This document shows positions 50,572 to 61,800 of a stretch of 64,000 nt of DNA, piece by piece. The stretch is from Macrostomum lignano (lineage: Eukaryota). A program made the position numbers and the translations under genes. The stretch lies in NCBI GenBank assembly GCA_002269645.1, contig NIVC01000150.1, positions 800,781 to 864,780 on the forward strand, in the 5' to 3' direction. The stretch's first letter is position 1. Each line of letters opens with the position of its first letter. Below the pieces are notes generated by a model that made no database searches, was not told where the DNA came from, and saw only the letters and a list, made by a program, of their open reading frames with translations.

Positions 50572-53500
50572 TCAGGCCCAGCTGGTCATGCTTGAGTAGC
50601 GCAGAAACAGGCTCTGGTCCTCGAAACTAAGCGGGTCGAACAGCCTGGCGCGAAGGTCGAACAAGTCCAGCTCGGAGAACTGGCCTCGCCAGCTGCCGGT
50701 CTAAAAAATATTTATTCGAACTTTCTTGAACCTTGACGGGGAATTAGGTTGAGAAGATACTCGAACTTTATTTGAAAAAAATTGTAGCACAATTTGATTG
50801 CTTTCGCCAAGGATTCATGCTGTCAAGCAGTCTAGAGATGATGGGAGACGGTGTCAAGGAATCTAGAGATGATGGGAGACGGTGTCAAGGAATCTAGAGA
50901 TGATGGGAGACGGTGTCAAGGAATCTAGAGATGATGGAAGACGGGTCAATAAATCTAGAGATGATGGAGTTTTAGAAGTTTTCCGAATTTCGACTCAACT
51001 TTGAATTTCCTAAAATCCTATATACGCTAGGATTAGACATGTTAACCACCTTCCCATTCCGATAGATCTCTATTGCCGTCTTGCCAGAGTGAGCTTGGCG
51101 CATGTGCTCAAACTCGGTGAGCTGTTGCACCCGTTTCATGAAGGCCTCGTCGAGCCGGCAGCGCTGCTCCGGGGTCAGGAGGAAGCTGGCCAAACTGTCG
51201 ATGGCTCCTCGATGGTCGGCCAGCATGCCCTCGTAAGTGAGGTGCAGCACATTGTCTGGCTGTTGTTTGAGACATCCTTCGTGCCAACCCTTCAAAGTTG
51301 AGAGTTGATGTTGGTGTCGGCAACTTAACTAAAAGCAATGCTTACTTTCCTTTCGGTGAAACCTGGTGTCACACTGTAGTGATCTATTTTTCGGCTATGA
51401 AGTTTCTATCCAGTTTTTAATGCATTACCAACCGATGAACTGCTAAACCTCAGTCTCAGCCATTAGGAAGCAGGACCGTGATGTTCAACGGAAACGTCTC
51501 CACACTAGAAAGACCCTTGTGATTGTATCATCAGGAAAAGTCAGTTGACTCAGTTATTTGGCTCTAATACTGGTACAAGAAATCATAAACAGAGGCACAG
51601 TAGTGAGAGTCCCAAACGTGCATCATAGGTCATTTCAACAGAAAGTCATGCAGTCATACCAAGCGAAGGAAACGAACTCAGAAACCGGTCCTACAACGCA
51701 CGAATCTGACTTTAAGCATTCGTGCGCTACCAAACAGTAATGGCAAACCTTGATGTAATCAAACCAGGAGCCGTTTTGCGAAAGTCCCTTGCAGAATGTG
51801 TCGAGATGGGCCTGCCAGGTGGTGTCGTATCGAGTCAGGTTGTCAGCAGCTCGGGTTCGCTGGTGGTGAAACAACGAAACCGCCACATCGCGGACGTCTC
51901 TGGTGACGAAGATGATCTTTCCTTTCCTGGCGGAGAGGATCTGCTCGGGCAGCTGGCTGAAGTGCAGGTGGGTGTTCATCAGCCTCGGACTGGGCAGATT
52001 CTGCAGCACTTCGCAGTCGACTCTCTCAAGCATGAACTCCTCCTTGGCTTTGGGTGCCTCCGTGCTGCCCTGAATGGTGAGTTCAGTTCAGAGGAGCATC
52101 AGACATGGACAGCTAAAATAGAAGGACACTTTTACCCAGTAAAATTCACACGACACGCGGACCTAGTGCTTACCCTGAGCAGCATGTGAGCTATCTCGTT
52201 CACCCAGTGTGTGCCGGACTTGACGAACGCGCACACCCACACATCTGACTGTCTCGGCCGGAAGCTGTCCCAGTAAGTCTGCAAAGTTGTTTAATCAAAA
52301 AGAATATGCACTACAAAGTCAAGGTCAGTTTTGACTTTTAACAAAATTTGCAAAGCTATGAGTCTTACTGAAATCAATAACTGCAAACCTAAGAGTCTCA
52401 CCCAAAACCCAAGAGTGTCAATCTAAATCCAAGAGTCTCACCCAAAACCCAAGAGCCTCACTCCAAACCTGTGAGTCTGATGGATATCTGTCTCTCCTAC
52501 ATTTAGGCACAATAGCTATCAGAATCACGCTGTCATTGCATGTTCATCTTAGGCCTAAAATCTTAGGCCTAAAACCCTTAATTTGGGACTAAATTGGAAT
52601 CTAGGCTTGGCTCTGCTAGTGCAGTTAACGCCCTTGAAAGCCAAACCCCAATGTACATGCCTAACGATTGTAGTAACTGAGTCAGAGGCCGTGTTTGCTG
52701 TGTAGCCAAACTCTTACAAATCTTGCCGCGCTGGGCACGAGTCTATATATTATGGAGTTAGAATTGGGGTGGCGGCACCCACCCCACTCCGCAGCCAATC
52801 AGACTGCCCGGGCGTACCATACTGTGCGTACGCACACTACATCTCTCCCCTTTCGAATAGAGACTGAGAGAGAAGAAAATCGATTTAAACGTAACTCGAA
52901 AATACAAAGTTCGAAAGATTCACCGATGATGCGCATTGAAAATGGAGATTAAAATATTGAGGAAATAAAATATTTGAATTGAATGCAGCAAAAACGTAAA
53001 AAAACTTCAGTCCGCATATTACGGAAAAGAAAGTCAGTTAATTTCAGTCATTGCAGGATTTCAAATTCAGTCCTTGTAGATTTTCACGCCCGCCCGAGCA
53101 GCGCGGGGGTGCGGGCGCAGCGCCACGGGGGAGGCGGGTGGATCTCGGGCCGCCTCGCCCGAAGCTCTCGGTGCAGCGGTCTGCGTCTGGGCGCCGGCGT
53201 CGGCCAAGTCGGGGCTGACGACTTTGACCGCCGTGCAGTGCCGCCAGCAGGTCGTGCCGTCCCGGCGTAGCAGCAGCGAGTTGCCGGCCACCCGCTGGAC
53301 TGTCCAGGCACCGCTCTCGAATGGCGTCTGCGTCTTGCTGGCACCGACCCGCCGTCGTAGCACCGAGTCGCCGACCTTGACGTCGTGCCGCCGTGGTCGC
53401 CTTTTTGCGTCCGCGTGCTGCTTCATCGCCGCCTTGGCGCCAGCGTCGGCTTCTCTCAGCCGCTGCTCGTTGATGCGGACTCGCTGGGACGGCCGGGCGG

Positions 53501-56500
53501 CGGGGATGATGTCGTTTGGCCGCCGGCCCATCAGCAGCTCGACTGGTGCGCGCCCGGTGGCCGTGTGCGGCGTGTTCCTGTAGGCCAGCAGCCACTCGTC
53601 CAGAGCGGCCCTCCAGTCCCGCCGCTCCTCGATGGCTGCTCGCACGACTTTGTTGATGGAGCGGTTCAGTCGCTCTGTCATGCCGTCTGTCATGCCGGCG
53701 CAGCTGCGGCATCGACTGACGAATTCCTCCGCTTGAGTTGCCATCCTCGGCCACCAGACCTTCGTGCAGAGTCTGGCGATCGTCTTCTGCGAGCACTGGT
53801 GCCCTTGATGCGCTAATTCGAGCATCTGCTGCCGCAGATCAGCTGGCACGACGATTCGGTGGTGTCGAAGGAGGACCCCGTCAACCGCAGACAGCTCCTC
53901 TCGCAGCGCGTGGAGCGAGCGCATCTCGGGGTTGGAGCGATCCCACCGACCGCCTTGCGTCGCCGCTATCGCCGCCCGGATGACTGGGTCGCTGGCAGAG
54001 CTCTTGCGTATGTCTTGGAGTGTCAGCGCCATCGGCACAGCCGCCTGCGCTACCTCGTTGATGTAGGCCTCCCTCCGCTGCTCGCCAAAACTTCCGTCGT
54101 GCTCGCTCAGGGGCTGCCTGCTGAGTACATCTGCAGCATTGGAGGCTCCCGGCTGGTACTCGACCTTGAACACTAGGTGCTGGATCCTCAGCGCCATTCG
54201 CTCGACTCGTGGAGGCGGCCGCGACCCAGGCGCGAACATGGCCGTCAGCGGCTTGTGATCAGAGACCACTGTGAACTGGGGCGATCCATGCAGGTAGTAC
54301 TCAAACTTCAGGCAGCCGAACTTCACGGCGAGTGCCTCTTTCTCGGTCTGCGAATATCGCCGCTCGACATCGGAGAGGGTCCGGCTGGCGTATGCGACCG
54401 GCCTCGAGCTGCCGTCGCGCTGCACCTGCGCCAGGATGGCGCCCAGTCCGGTCGGTCCCGCGTCCACAATCAGCTGCGTGTGTAGCCGCTTGTCGTAAAA
54501 AGCCAGCGTTGTCGGCTCCGCGATGCTGCGCTTCAGCTGCTCAAAGGCGCTGGCCTGGTCGGCGCCCCACTGCCAGTCGACGGTCTTCCTGGTCAGGCGC
54601 CGCAGCGGCTCCGCCACCTTGGCCAGCTGTGGCGTGAACACGGCGAGGTAGTTCACGAGGCCCAGGAATGAGCGAAGCTGCCCAATCGACTCGGGCTCCT
54701 TGAAGTCTTGAACGGCGGCGACCTTGCTCTCCGTGGCCTGGACCCCTTCCGCCGTGAGCCGCATTCCCATGAACTCGATGCTGCTGCGCGCCAGTCGGCA
54801 TTTCCGAGCGTTCAGCGTGATGCCATGCTGCGCCAGGCGGGCCAGACATGCCTCGAGGCTGCTGTTGTGCTCCGCCATCGTGCGGCCGAACACGACCACG
54901 TCGTCGTGGATCCATTTGACGTTGGGCAGGCCTGCCAGCACTCGACTCATCACATTCTGCAGGATCTCCTGGGAGGTGGACAGGCCCATGCACAGCCGGG
55001 TGAGACGGCGAAGCCCGCGAGGCGTCGAGAATGTTAGCAGGTTGCGGCATTTCTCGGCGACAGGCACCTGGTAGAACGCCTTCGCGATGTCCAGCTCTGA
55101 GAACACTGTGCTGCCGGCCATGTCCCCGGTCACCTCCTCGAAAGTCGGAATCTGGTGTCGCTCGCGGATGACAAAGCGGTTGACATCGCGGAGGTCCTGC
55201 GTGATGCGCACCTCGCCCGGCTCCTTCTTGGGCACGACGACCATCCGCGCGACCCACGGCGCCGGGCCGTCGACGGGCTCAATGATCCCGAGCTGCTCTA
55301 ACAACTGCAGTTCCTTGTCCACCGCGTCTGCCAGGTGGATCGGCACCTTCGAAGGCGCATGGCAGACCGGGCGGGCGCTGTCGGTGAGGTGGATGTCGGC
55401 AGGCGGCCCGGTGAAGCAGCCGATTCCGCTGAACACGCTGGCGTGCTTGCGCAGCACCCTGCCGATGTCCTCGACGTGTCCTTGAGGCACTCCGCTGGAT
55501 CTCGTGCCGCTGAGAAGGCCATCGACCGCCGCCTCCGCTTCAGCGACCTGCAGCACCTGCTGTCCGGCTGTCGGTGGTAGCCCGACCCGCAGGATGTCCA
55601 TCTGAGTGGCCGTCTGCCTGCCGATGATGGTGATGCCTCTCCCTTCGACGACGTGGAACGTGGCGACTGCCTGCCGGCCGAAAATGCGGACGTCCATCGC
55701 CGCCTTGCCCAGCAGTTGCATCGGCCTGTCCGACCCGTACGCGAACAGCCTGTCCGAGGTGGTCTGCAGGTGCGGCCGCTGTCTCAGGCTCTCGAACGTG
55801 GCCCGGTTGATCACATTTCGAGCCGCACCGCTGTCAATCAACACCGACAGTCTGGAGCCGTTGATCTCGGCTATTGTGTGGGCCGACTGCTCACCCTGAT
55901 CGACCTCGAACACGCCGGAGTCCGGGTGGTCCACCTTCTGGTAGCTGGTCTCGCCTTGCAGCGTTGCGACGGCGTCGGCGCCGCTCTGCGGGGCGCCCTG
56001 CTTGGACCTGCAGGCTCGCGCGAAGTGGCCCGGCTTCCCGCACTTTCTGCAGCTCTTGCCCTGCGCTGCGGTGCACGTGGGGTGCCCTGGCCTGCCGCAG
56101 CGATCGCACGATACGTGCTGCGTTGGTGTCTGCGGCATCTGTGGCTTCTGGTCTCTTCTGACCGCTGCGAGCTGCTGCGGTTCCCCTGGTCTGTCGCTCT
56201 CCATCGCGGTGGCCTGCTGCTCCGCGGCTTCTTTCGCCCTCGCCTTTTTGAGCACATCTGCCAGGGAGATATTGTTGGTCTGCAAGAAGTCTCTCCTGAG
56301 TCTCTCAGATTCGCAGTAGGCGACGATTTTGTCACGGATCAGCGAGTCTCTGAGGGTCCCGAACTCACACAGCTCCGCCGTCTTGCGCAGACGCTGATAC
56401 CACTGGTCGATCTGCTCGCCAGGCTGCTGTCTGCAGGTCTCAAACTTGAAACGCAGGAACACAATGTTATTCTTCCCGTCCCAGAACGTCTGGATGTTTT

Positions 56501-57400
56501 TCGCGAGGCTGCTGTAGTCCTCTCCAGAGGCGATCTCGTTCTCTTCGACTACAGCCTGCAGCTCCTCTCCTGCGGCGTACAGCAGCAGCTGCTGCCCTCG
56601 AGTCTTGTCGGTGATTCCAGCTGCATTGATGTACGTGGCGAAGCGACGAGTCCATGCAGTCCAGCGCTGTGCTGTGGAGTGGCAGTCGCTATCGATTGTA
56701 AACGGCCCGGGTGGCGCGAGTGAAATTTGCTGAGTCATGATTTTTAAAGGTTCAGTTCTTGCGACGCCATTGTAGTAACTGAGTCAGAGGCCGTGTTTGC
56801 TGTGTAGCCAAACTCTTACAAATCTTGCCGCGCTGGGCACGAGTCTATATATTATGGAGTTAGAATTGGGGTGGCGGCACCCACCCCACTCCGCAGCCAA
56901 TCAGACTGCCCGGGCGTACCATACTGTGCGTACGCACACTACAACGATAAATAAAGTTAGGGCCGCTGTGCACTCCTGTGTGAGTGTGTGCCTGTGCGTA
57001 TGACTGCGTACGTATCCGCGCGCTTGTGTGCCTGCTCAGGGGAGTCGGCGGAATGGGCAGTAATGCCTCTCGCCGGTTGTGTGATAATGTCGCTTAAAGT
57101 GCGCCAGGTTGTGTACATCCATCCTGTCTATGATAAAATGTGTCCTATAAAATACGGTACACGACACGCCATTTTCACTAGGCTGGGGGCAGACGACGCG
57201 GCATGTTGGCATCAATCTGAAAAACATTCGGTTACCTGCAGGCGCCTCTTTACTCCGGGAAAAGGGCACACGGGAACGCCGCGAAACAGCACGAACCGGT
57301 ATTCCACGCCAGCAATGTCTAGCAGAGAAGACAGTTCTCTTCGGTGCCGCTCCCTCTCGCCCGGGCTATTGTAGGCGCTCTTCTTTGACAGCGACGACAT
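50572..57400 (-). CDS. Cytosolic sulfotransferase (SULT1-like fold), 319 aa; exons 57400-57236, 52278-52174, 52069-51749, 51289-51050, 50700-50572
   Basis: 5'-PSB FVKSGTHW, catalytic His in NTHL, 3'-PB RDVRDVAVS, C-terminal RNGK|TGSW; all junctions are phase-0 GT-AG; total 960 nt. Confidence 0.9.
50830..50972. repeat. 31-bp minisatellite in sulfotransferase intron 4
   Basis: TCTAGAGATGATGGGAGACGGTGTCAAGGAA, ~4 copies. Confidence 0.9.
52669..56943 (-). mobile_element. Ty3/Gypsy LTR retrotransposon, 4275 bp, within sulfotransferase intron 1
   Basis: 173-bp LTRs at 52669-52841 and 56771-56943 (TGTAGT...ACTACA), identical by eye; TSD ACGAT; PBS-like TGGCGTCGC at 56769 downward; PPT AGGGGAGAGA at 52851-52842. 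Confidence 0.97.
53067..56738 (-). CDS. Gag-Pol polyprotein, 1223 aa, with an internally deleted integrase
   Basis: Zinc knuckle CRKCGKPGHFARAC, protease LIDSGA, RT (ELDIAKAFYQ, IHDD), RNase H (VDAGPTGLGA, EKEALA, DHKPL), integrase HHCC followed almost directly by ERLNR. Confidence 0.95.
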   Translation of the reverse strand: MTQQISLAPPGPFTIDSDCHSTAQRWTAWTRRFATYINAAGITDKTRGQQLLLYAAGEELQAVVEENEIASGEDYSSLAKNIQTFWDGKNNIVFLRFKFETCRQQPGEQIDQWYQRLRKTAELCEFGTLRDSLIRDKIVAYCESERLRRDFLQTNNISLADVLKKARAKEAAEQQATAMESDRPGEPQQLAAVRRDQKPQMPQTPTQHVSCDRCGRPGHPTCTAAQGKSCRKCGKPGHFARACRSKQGAPQSGADAVATLQGETSYQKVDHPDSGVFEVDQGEQSAHTIAEINGSRLSVLIDSGAARNVINRATFESLRQRPHLQTTSDRLFAYGSDRPMQLLGKAAMDVRIFGRQAVATFHVVEGRGITIIGRQTATQMDILRVGLPPTAGQQVLQVAEAEAAVDGLLSGTRSSGVPQGHVEDIGRVLRKHASVFSGIGCFTGPPADIHLTDSARPVCHAPSKVPIHLADAVDKELQLLEQLGIIEPVDGPAPWVARMVVVPKKEPGEVRITQDLRDVNRFVIRERHQIPTFEEVTGDMAGSTVFSELDIAKAFYQVPVAEKCRNLLTFSTPRGLRRLTRLCMGLSTSQEILQNVMSRVLAGLPNVKWIHDDVVVFGRTMAEHNSSLEACLARLAQHGITLNARKCRLARSSIEFMGMRLTAEGVQATESKVAAVQDFKEPESIGQLRSFLGLVNYLAVFTPQLAKVAEPLRRLTRKTVDWQWGADQASAFEQLKRSIAEPTTLAFYDKRLHTQLIVDAGPTGLGAILAQVQRDGSSRPVAYASRTLSDVERRYSQTEKEALAVKFGCLKFEYYLHGSPQFTVVSDHKPLTAMFAPGSRPPPRVERMALRIQHLVFKVEYQPGASNAADVLSRQPLSEHDGSFGEQRREAYINEVAQAAVPMALTLQDIRKSSASDPVIRAAIAATQGGRWDRSNPEMRSLHALREELSAVDGVLLRHHRIVVPADLRQQMLELAHQGHQCSQKTIARLCTKVWWPRMATQAEEFVSRCRSCAGMTDGMTERLNRSINKVVRAAIEERRDWRAALDEWLLAYRNTPHTATGRAPVELLMGRRPNDIIPAARPSQRVRINEQRLREADAGAKAAMKQHADAKRRPRRHDVKVGDSVLRRRVGASKTQTPFESGAWTVQRVAGNSLLLRRDGTTCWRHCTAVKVVSPDLADAGAQTQTAAPRASGEAARDPPASPVALRPHPRAARAGVKIYKD

Positions 57401-58802
57401 GAGGACTGAGAAGCAAAAGAAGAGTTTGCCAAGAATACTGGATTCGCTCAGCACTTGGCTAATTATATATCGCAGTCAAATTCCAGCGCCGATAAGCGCC
57501 ACACGAACTGGTCATTGCGCAAAATCTGTCAGCATAAATTGGCCGGCTTTCGACTTATAGATAGTAAGCACAGCAGCACCGGCTTCTGTTGATAGCAGTT
57601 CGTTGATAAGCCTGAAAGTCACTTTGAAGGCGGAATCTCAACTTTGAACCAACTTTGCCAGTCTGTCGTATTAATTAAAGTAGTCCTCCGGCACGAACGG
57701 AAATGTTTGAATTTAGACTGATTTTTAAGTCACCCAATTAAATTACCGCTAAAACTTATAATTATTGATTAGTTAACTTTTATGCACCTGTACTCAATAG
57801 ATTATTTCTGTGGCGTTAAACCTATATTTGCAGCTATGCCCACCAGCACCAGACCATTAGATCAATCAAGCTGGTCCGCTGGTTTCAATGCATTATCTAC
57901 ATTGTTTTTAACTAAAAATTTTCAATCTATTAGCTAAGATTGCTTTCACAATATGCAAAAAAGCAACCATAAAATTATTATTTTCTTTATTATCAATAAT
58001 TTTTTATTACTAGTGAGGGAAAATAGCTGTTATAGGAAAATCTGCTGTGTATTTCGTCTATAAAAAAAGATACTTTATAGTGCCTTTTTAAAAATATACA
58101 GCTACTTTGTAGTTAAAACAAAATTTGCCCTAATGGGTACGTGTTAATAATTTTAGAAATTTAGAAATGTAAACTCTTATTAGATGGGTAGCTACTCAGT
58201 ATAGTGAGTAATAAATATGGTGTGTTAGAATTCTACTGTTTCTGAATGACAGAAAAAATATCTAATTGATCATGGCCAGGTCGCCATAGAAGCGCAGCTT
58301 CAGGCGCTTTTTTACGGAGTAACTTCAGATGGGCGTGAGCCGTTTGAGCAAAGCTTAGATTTCGTAAATTCAAGAATGCAAGTCATTTTTCCCTTTGACA
58401 TAAAACCCTTTTAAAATTAAAAATAGTTTCTTAACTTTACACCTTCAATTACTTTTGTTCAAACGGCCGAAACAACATTATAAGCGAAGCGCTGCTTCTC
58501 AGCTGTTGAATCACAAGATGGTCTCAAGAAACTCGTTTTTACGAGACCTCGTAGACCTCGGAAATAAATATCGAATTCATTTCCGCGCTGTGATGCACAC
58601 TATCAGGTATTGAGCACTCGGAACCCCGGTAAAAATCATTAGCGGATCAAATAAGTTGAATCTAATAAGTTATAGAACTTTCGGAATAATCTACTTCTAC
58701 TAGCTAGCGTAGGTTAGAAGGGTAAGAAGCAACTACTGTACGAACGGGTTCATCATTGTTTCAGTCCATTAAAAAACGGGCCCACGTCTCCAGCACAGGT
58801 GT

Positions 58803-61800
58803 CTAGTCTGACAGGTTCAGCATGCGACCCTCCAGGGTGGAGAGTCGAGTAATGCCGCTGTTACTTTCGCCTACGCTCACCATGGAGGCCAGGGCTGCCT
58901 GCACACTGCCATCAGAGCCGTCGATTCCAGAGACCGATCGGTAAACGCTGGACAGGCCGTCCCCAGACACTGCGAAGCCTCGCGAACCGGAGCTGACCGT
59001 CTCAGACATATTGACGATGCCGCTGCCGCTGCTCTGCGTCACGATCCTTTCACCTGAACGGCCTGACGACTGCCGCTGAATAGCAGACGTACCGCTTGCA
59101 GAACTGATCACACCGGACAGGTCGGAAACATCGGCATGTGCACCAGAAAAATTATTAAATTCTATTTGTCTCTGGACTGATGGAAGCCTGGTGGCGAACG
59201 AACTGGACAGGTCCAACATTTCTCCTTCTGATCCGCCAATGCTGACTACACTTGATCTAGGATCTCCAGATGCAACTCCCTGGATACCACCAGGAACCGA
59301 TTCTGTTCGTGAGCCAAATGACGTAAACTCGTTGCTTCCATTAATCCTCACGACTCCAGATGTTCCGGATGACTGTCTCTGGATAGTCGAGATCCTGCTG
59401 GTGTTCGTATCAGAAAGGTCTAACATCCCACCGCTAGATCCACCAATGTTGACAACACCAGATCCATAGACACGAGACGCACTCGACTGCGACTCAAACG
59501 ACCTGCTCTGAATGAGATTGGCGCTTCTGGATGACGCCGTCGCGAATCCGACTTCCCCTCCTTCGCCAACTTGCGTTGCAACGTTTCGAAATTCGCGAAG
59601 TAACATGTACTCGCGAGCGAAAGCTTCGACTCCGAAATACGAAACTATGAAGGAGAGGTTGACGTCAACGCGACCGTTCTTCAATACAAACATGTTCCAC
59701 AATGCGGACTTGTAGTTCAAATCAGTCTGCGCCTCGGAGGTCCTGGTCGCCCTACTGGCAGAACTGCTCTGACCGACGCTTAGTGCATATCTAAAATGCA
59801 AAATCTCGCGTGTTGTGAGGAACGTTCGGAAACGAAAAAGAAACTTAGAATTGAAGTATTCAATAGGAACCCATAATCCACGAAACTTACATGCTGCTAC
59901 TGTGCTGCTGCTGAACTTGTCTTTCGTCAACGCGACTTTCTGAAATGAGTTCAGCAGTCGATCCAACGAACTCGCAGCCCGAATCAACGATTGGCATGCT
60001 TCGTATGACTGGCATCGAAGGCGGTGTGCTTATTTTTAACTCTTCAACAGCGACTCGCTCGTTGAACGTTCCGGATGCCGTAGTTGGCAGTTGGAAGAGA
60101 AATCTTGCAGACGATGTGCTCCTCTGAATTTCCTTGAAACATCCACTTGAAGCCATCTCAGACTTAGAGGATTCTTCATGGAAGCAACCAGAAGCAGAAA
60201 CTTTTGTTGAAACATCAGTAAATTTGACGACCGAAGATGAGAAAGAGGACTCACTAAAGAATCCAGAGGCAGCGACTGTCACATTTGCGGTCGCTGTCAC
60301 CGACGAATTATCAAATGAAAGCTCTTTAAGGCAGCCCGACGCAGTTACATCGACTTTTGGCACAAATATAGCAGCAGAGTTTTGGTAAGATGATTGCTTG
60401 AAACAGCCGCTTGCGGTAAGCGTTGGCGCCGGTAAGATGAACTTTGCGCTACTGGCTTGGTAACTTGTCTCGTAGTAGCAGCCGGAGTTGTCATATTTCG
60501 GCCTCCAATCGCACGTCACGGAAGCCGGCTCGAGCGTGATTTGCTTGAAACAGCCGCTTGCGGTAAGCGTTGGCGCCGGTAAGATGAACTTTGCGCTACT
60601 GGCTTGGTAACTTGTCTCGTAGTAGCAGCCGGAGTTGTCATATTTCGGCCTCCAATCGCACGTCACGGAAGCCGGCTCGAGCGTGATTTGCTTGAAACAG
60701 CCGCTTGCGGTAAGCGTTGGCGCCGGTAAGATGAACTTTGCGCTACTGGCTTGGTAACTTGTCTCGTAGTAGCAGCCGGAGTTGTCATATTTCGGCCTCC
60801 AATCGCACGTCACGGAAGCCGGCTCGAGCGTGATTTGCTTGAAACAGCCGCTTGCGGTAAGCGTTGGCGCCGGTAAGATGAACTTTGCGCTACTGGCTTG
60901 GTAACTTGTCTCGTAGTAGCAGCCGAGTTGTCATATTTCGGCCTCCAATCGCACGTCACGAAGAAGCCGGCTCGAGCGTGATTTGCTTGAAACAGCCGCT
61001 TGCGGTAAGCGTTGGCGCCGGTAAGATGAACTTTGCGCTACTGGCTTGGTAACTTGTCTCGTAGTAGCAGCCGGAGTTGTCATATTTCGGCCTCCAATCG
61101 CACGTCACGGAAGCCGGCTCGAGCGTGATTTGCTTGAAACAGCCGCTTGCGGTAAGCGTTGGCGCCGGTAAGATGAACTTTGCGCTACTGGCTTGGTAAC
61201 TTGTCTCGTAGTAGCAGCCGGAGTTGTCATATTTCGGCCTCCAATCGCACGTCACGGAAGCCGGCTCGAGCGTGATTTGCTTGAAACAGCCGCTTGCGGT
61301 AAGCGTTGGCGCCGGTAAGATGAACTTTGCGCTACTGGCTTGGTAACTTGTCTCGTAGTAGCAGCCGGAGTTGTCATATTTCGGCCTCCAATCGCACGTC
61401 ACGGAAGCCGGCTCGAGCGTGATTTGCTTGAAACAGCCGCTTGCGTAAGCGTTGGCGCCGGTAAGATGAACTTTGCGCTACTGGCTTGGTAACTTGTCTC
61501 GTAGTAGCAGCCGGAGTTGTCATATTTCGGCCTCCAATCGCACGTCACGGAAGCCGGCTCGAGCGTGATTTGCTTGAAACAGCCGCTTGCGTAAGCGTTG
61601 GCGCCGGTAAGATGAACTTTGCGCTACTGGCTTGGTAACTTGTCTCGTAGTAGCAGCCGGAGTTGTCATATTTCGGCCTCCAATCGCACGTCACGGAAGC
61701 CGGCTCGAGCGTGATTTGCTTGAAACAGCCGCTTGCGGTAAGCGTTGGCGCCGGTAAGATGAACTTTGCGCTACTGGCTTGGTAACTTGTCTCGTAGTAG

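Noticed and set aside
54895-54920. RT motif IHDD instead of YxDD as a sign of inactivity
   Set aside because: Both catalytic Asp are present and non-Tyr variants occur in this Gypsy lineage, so it is not evidence of loss of function
59887-59987. Overlap of two minus-strand ORFs suggesting a programmed frameshift
   Set aside because: Fully explained by a canonical 100-bp GT-AG intron with matching phase
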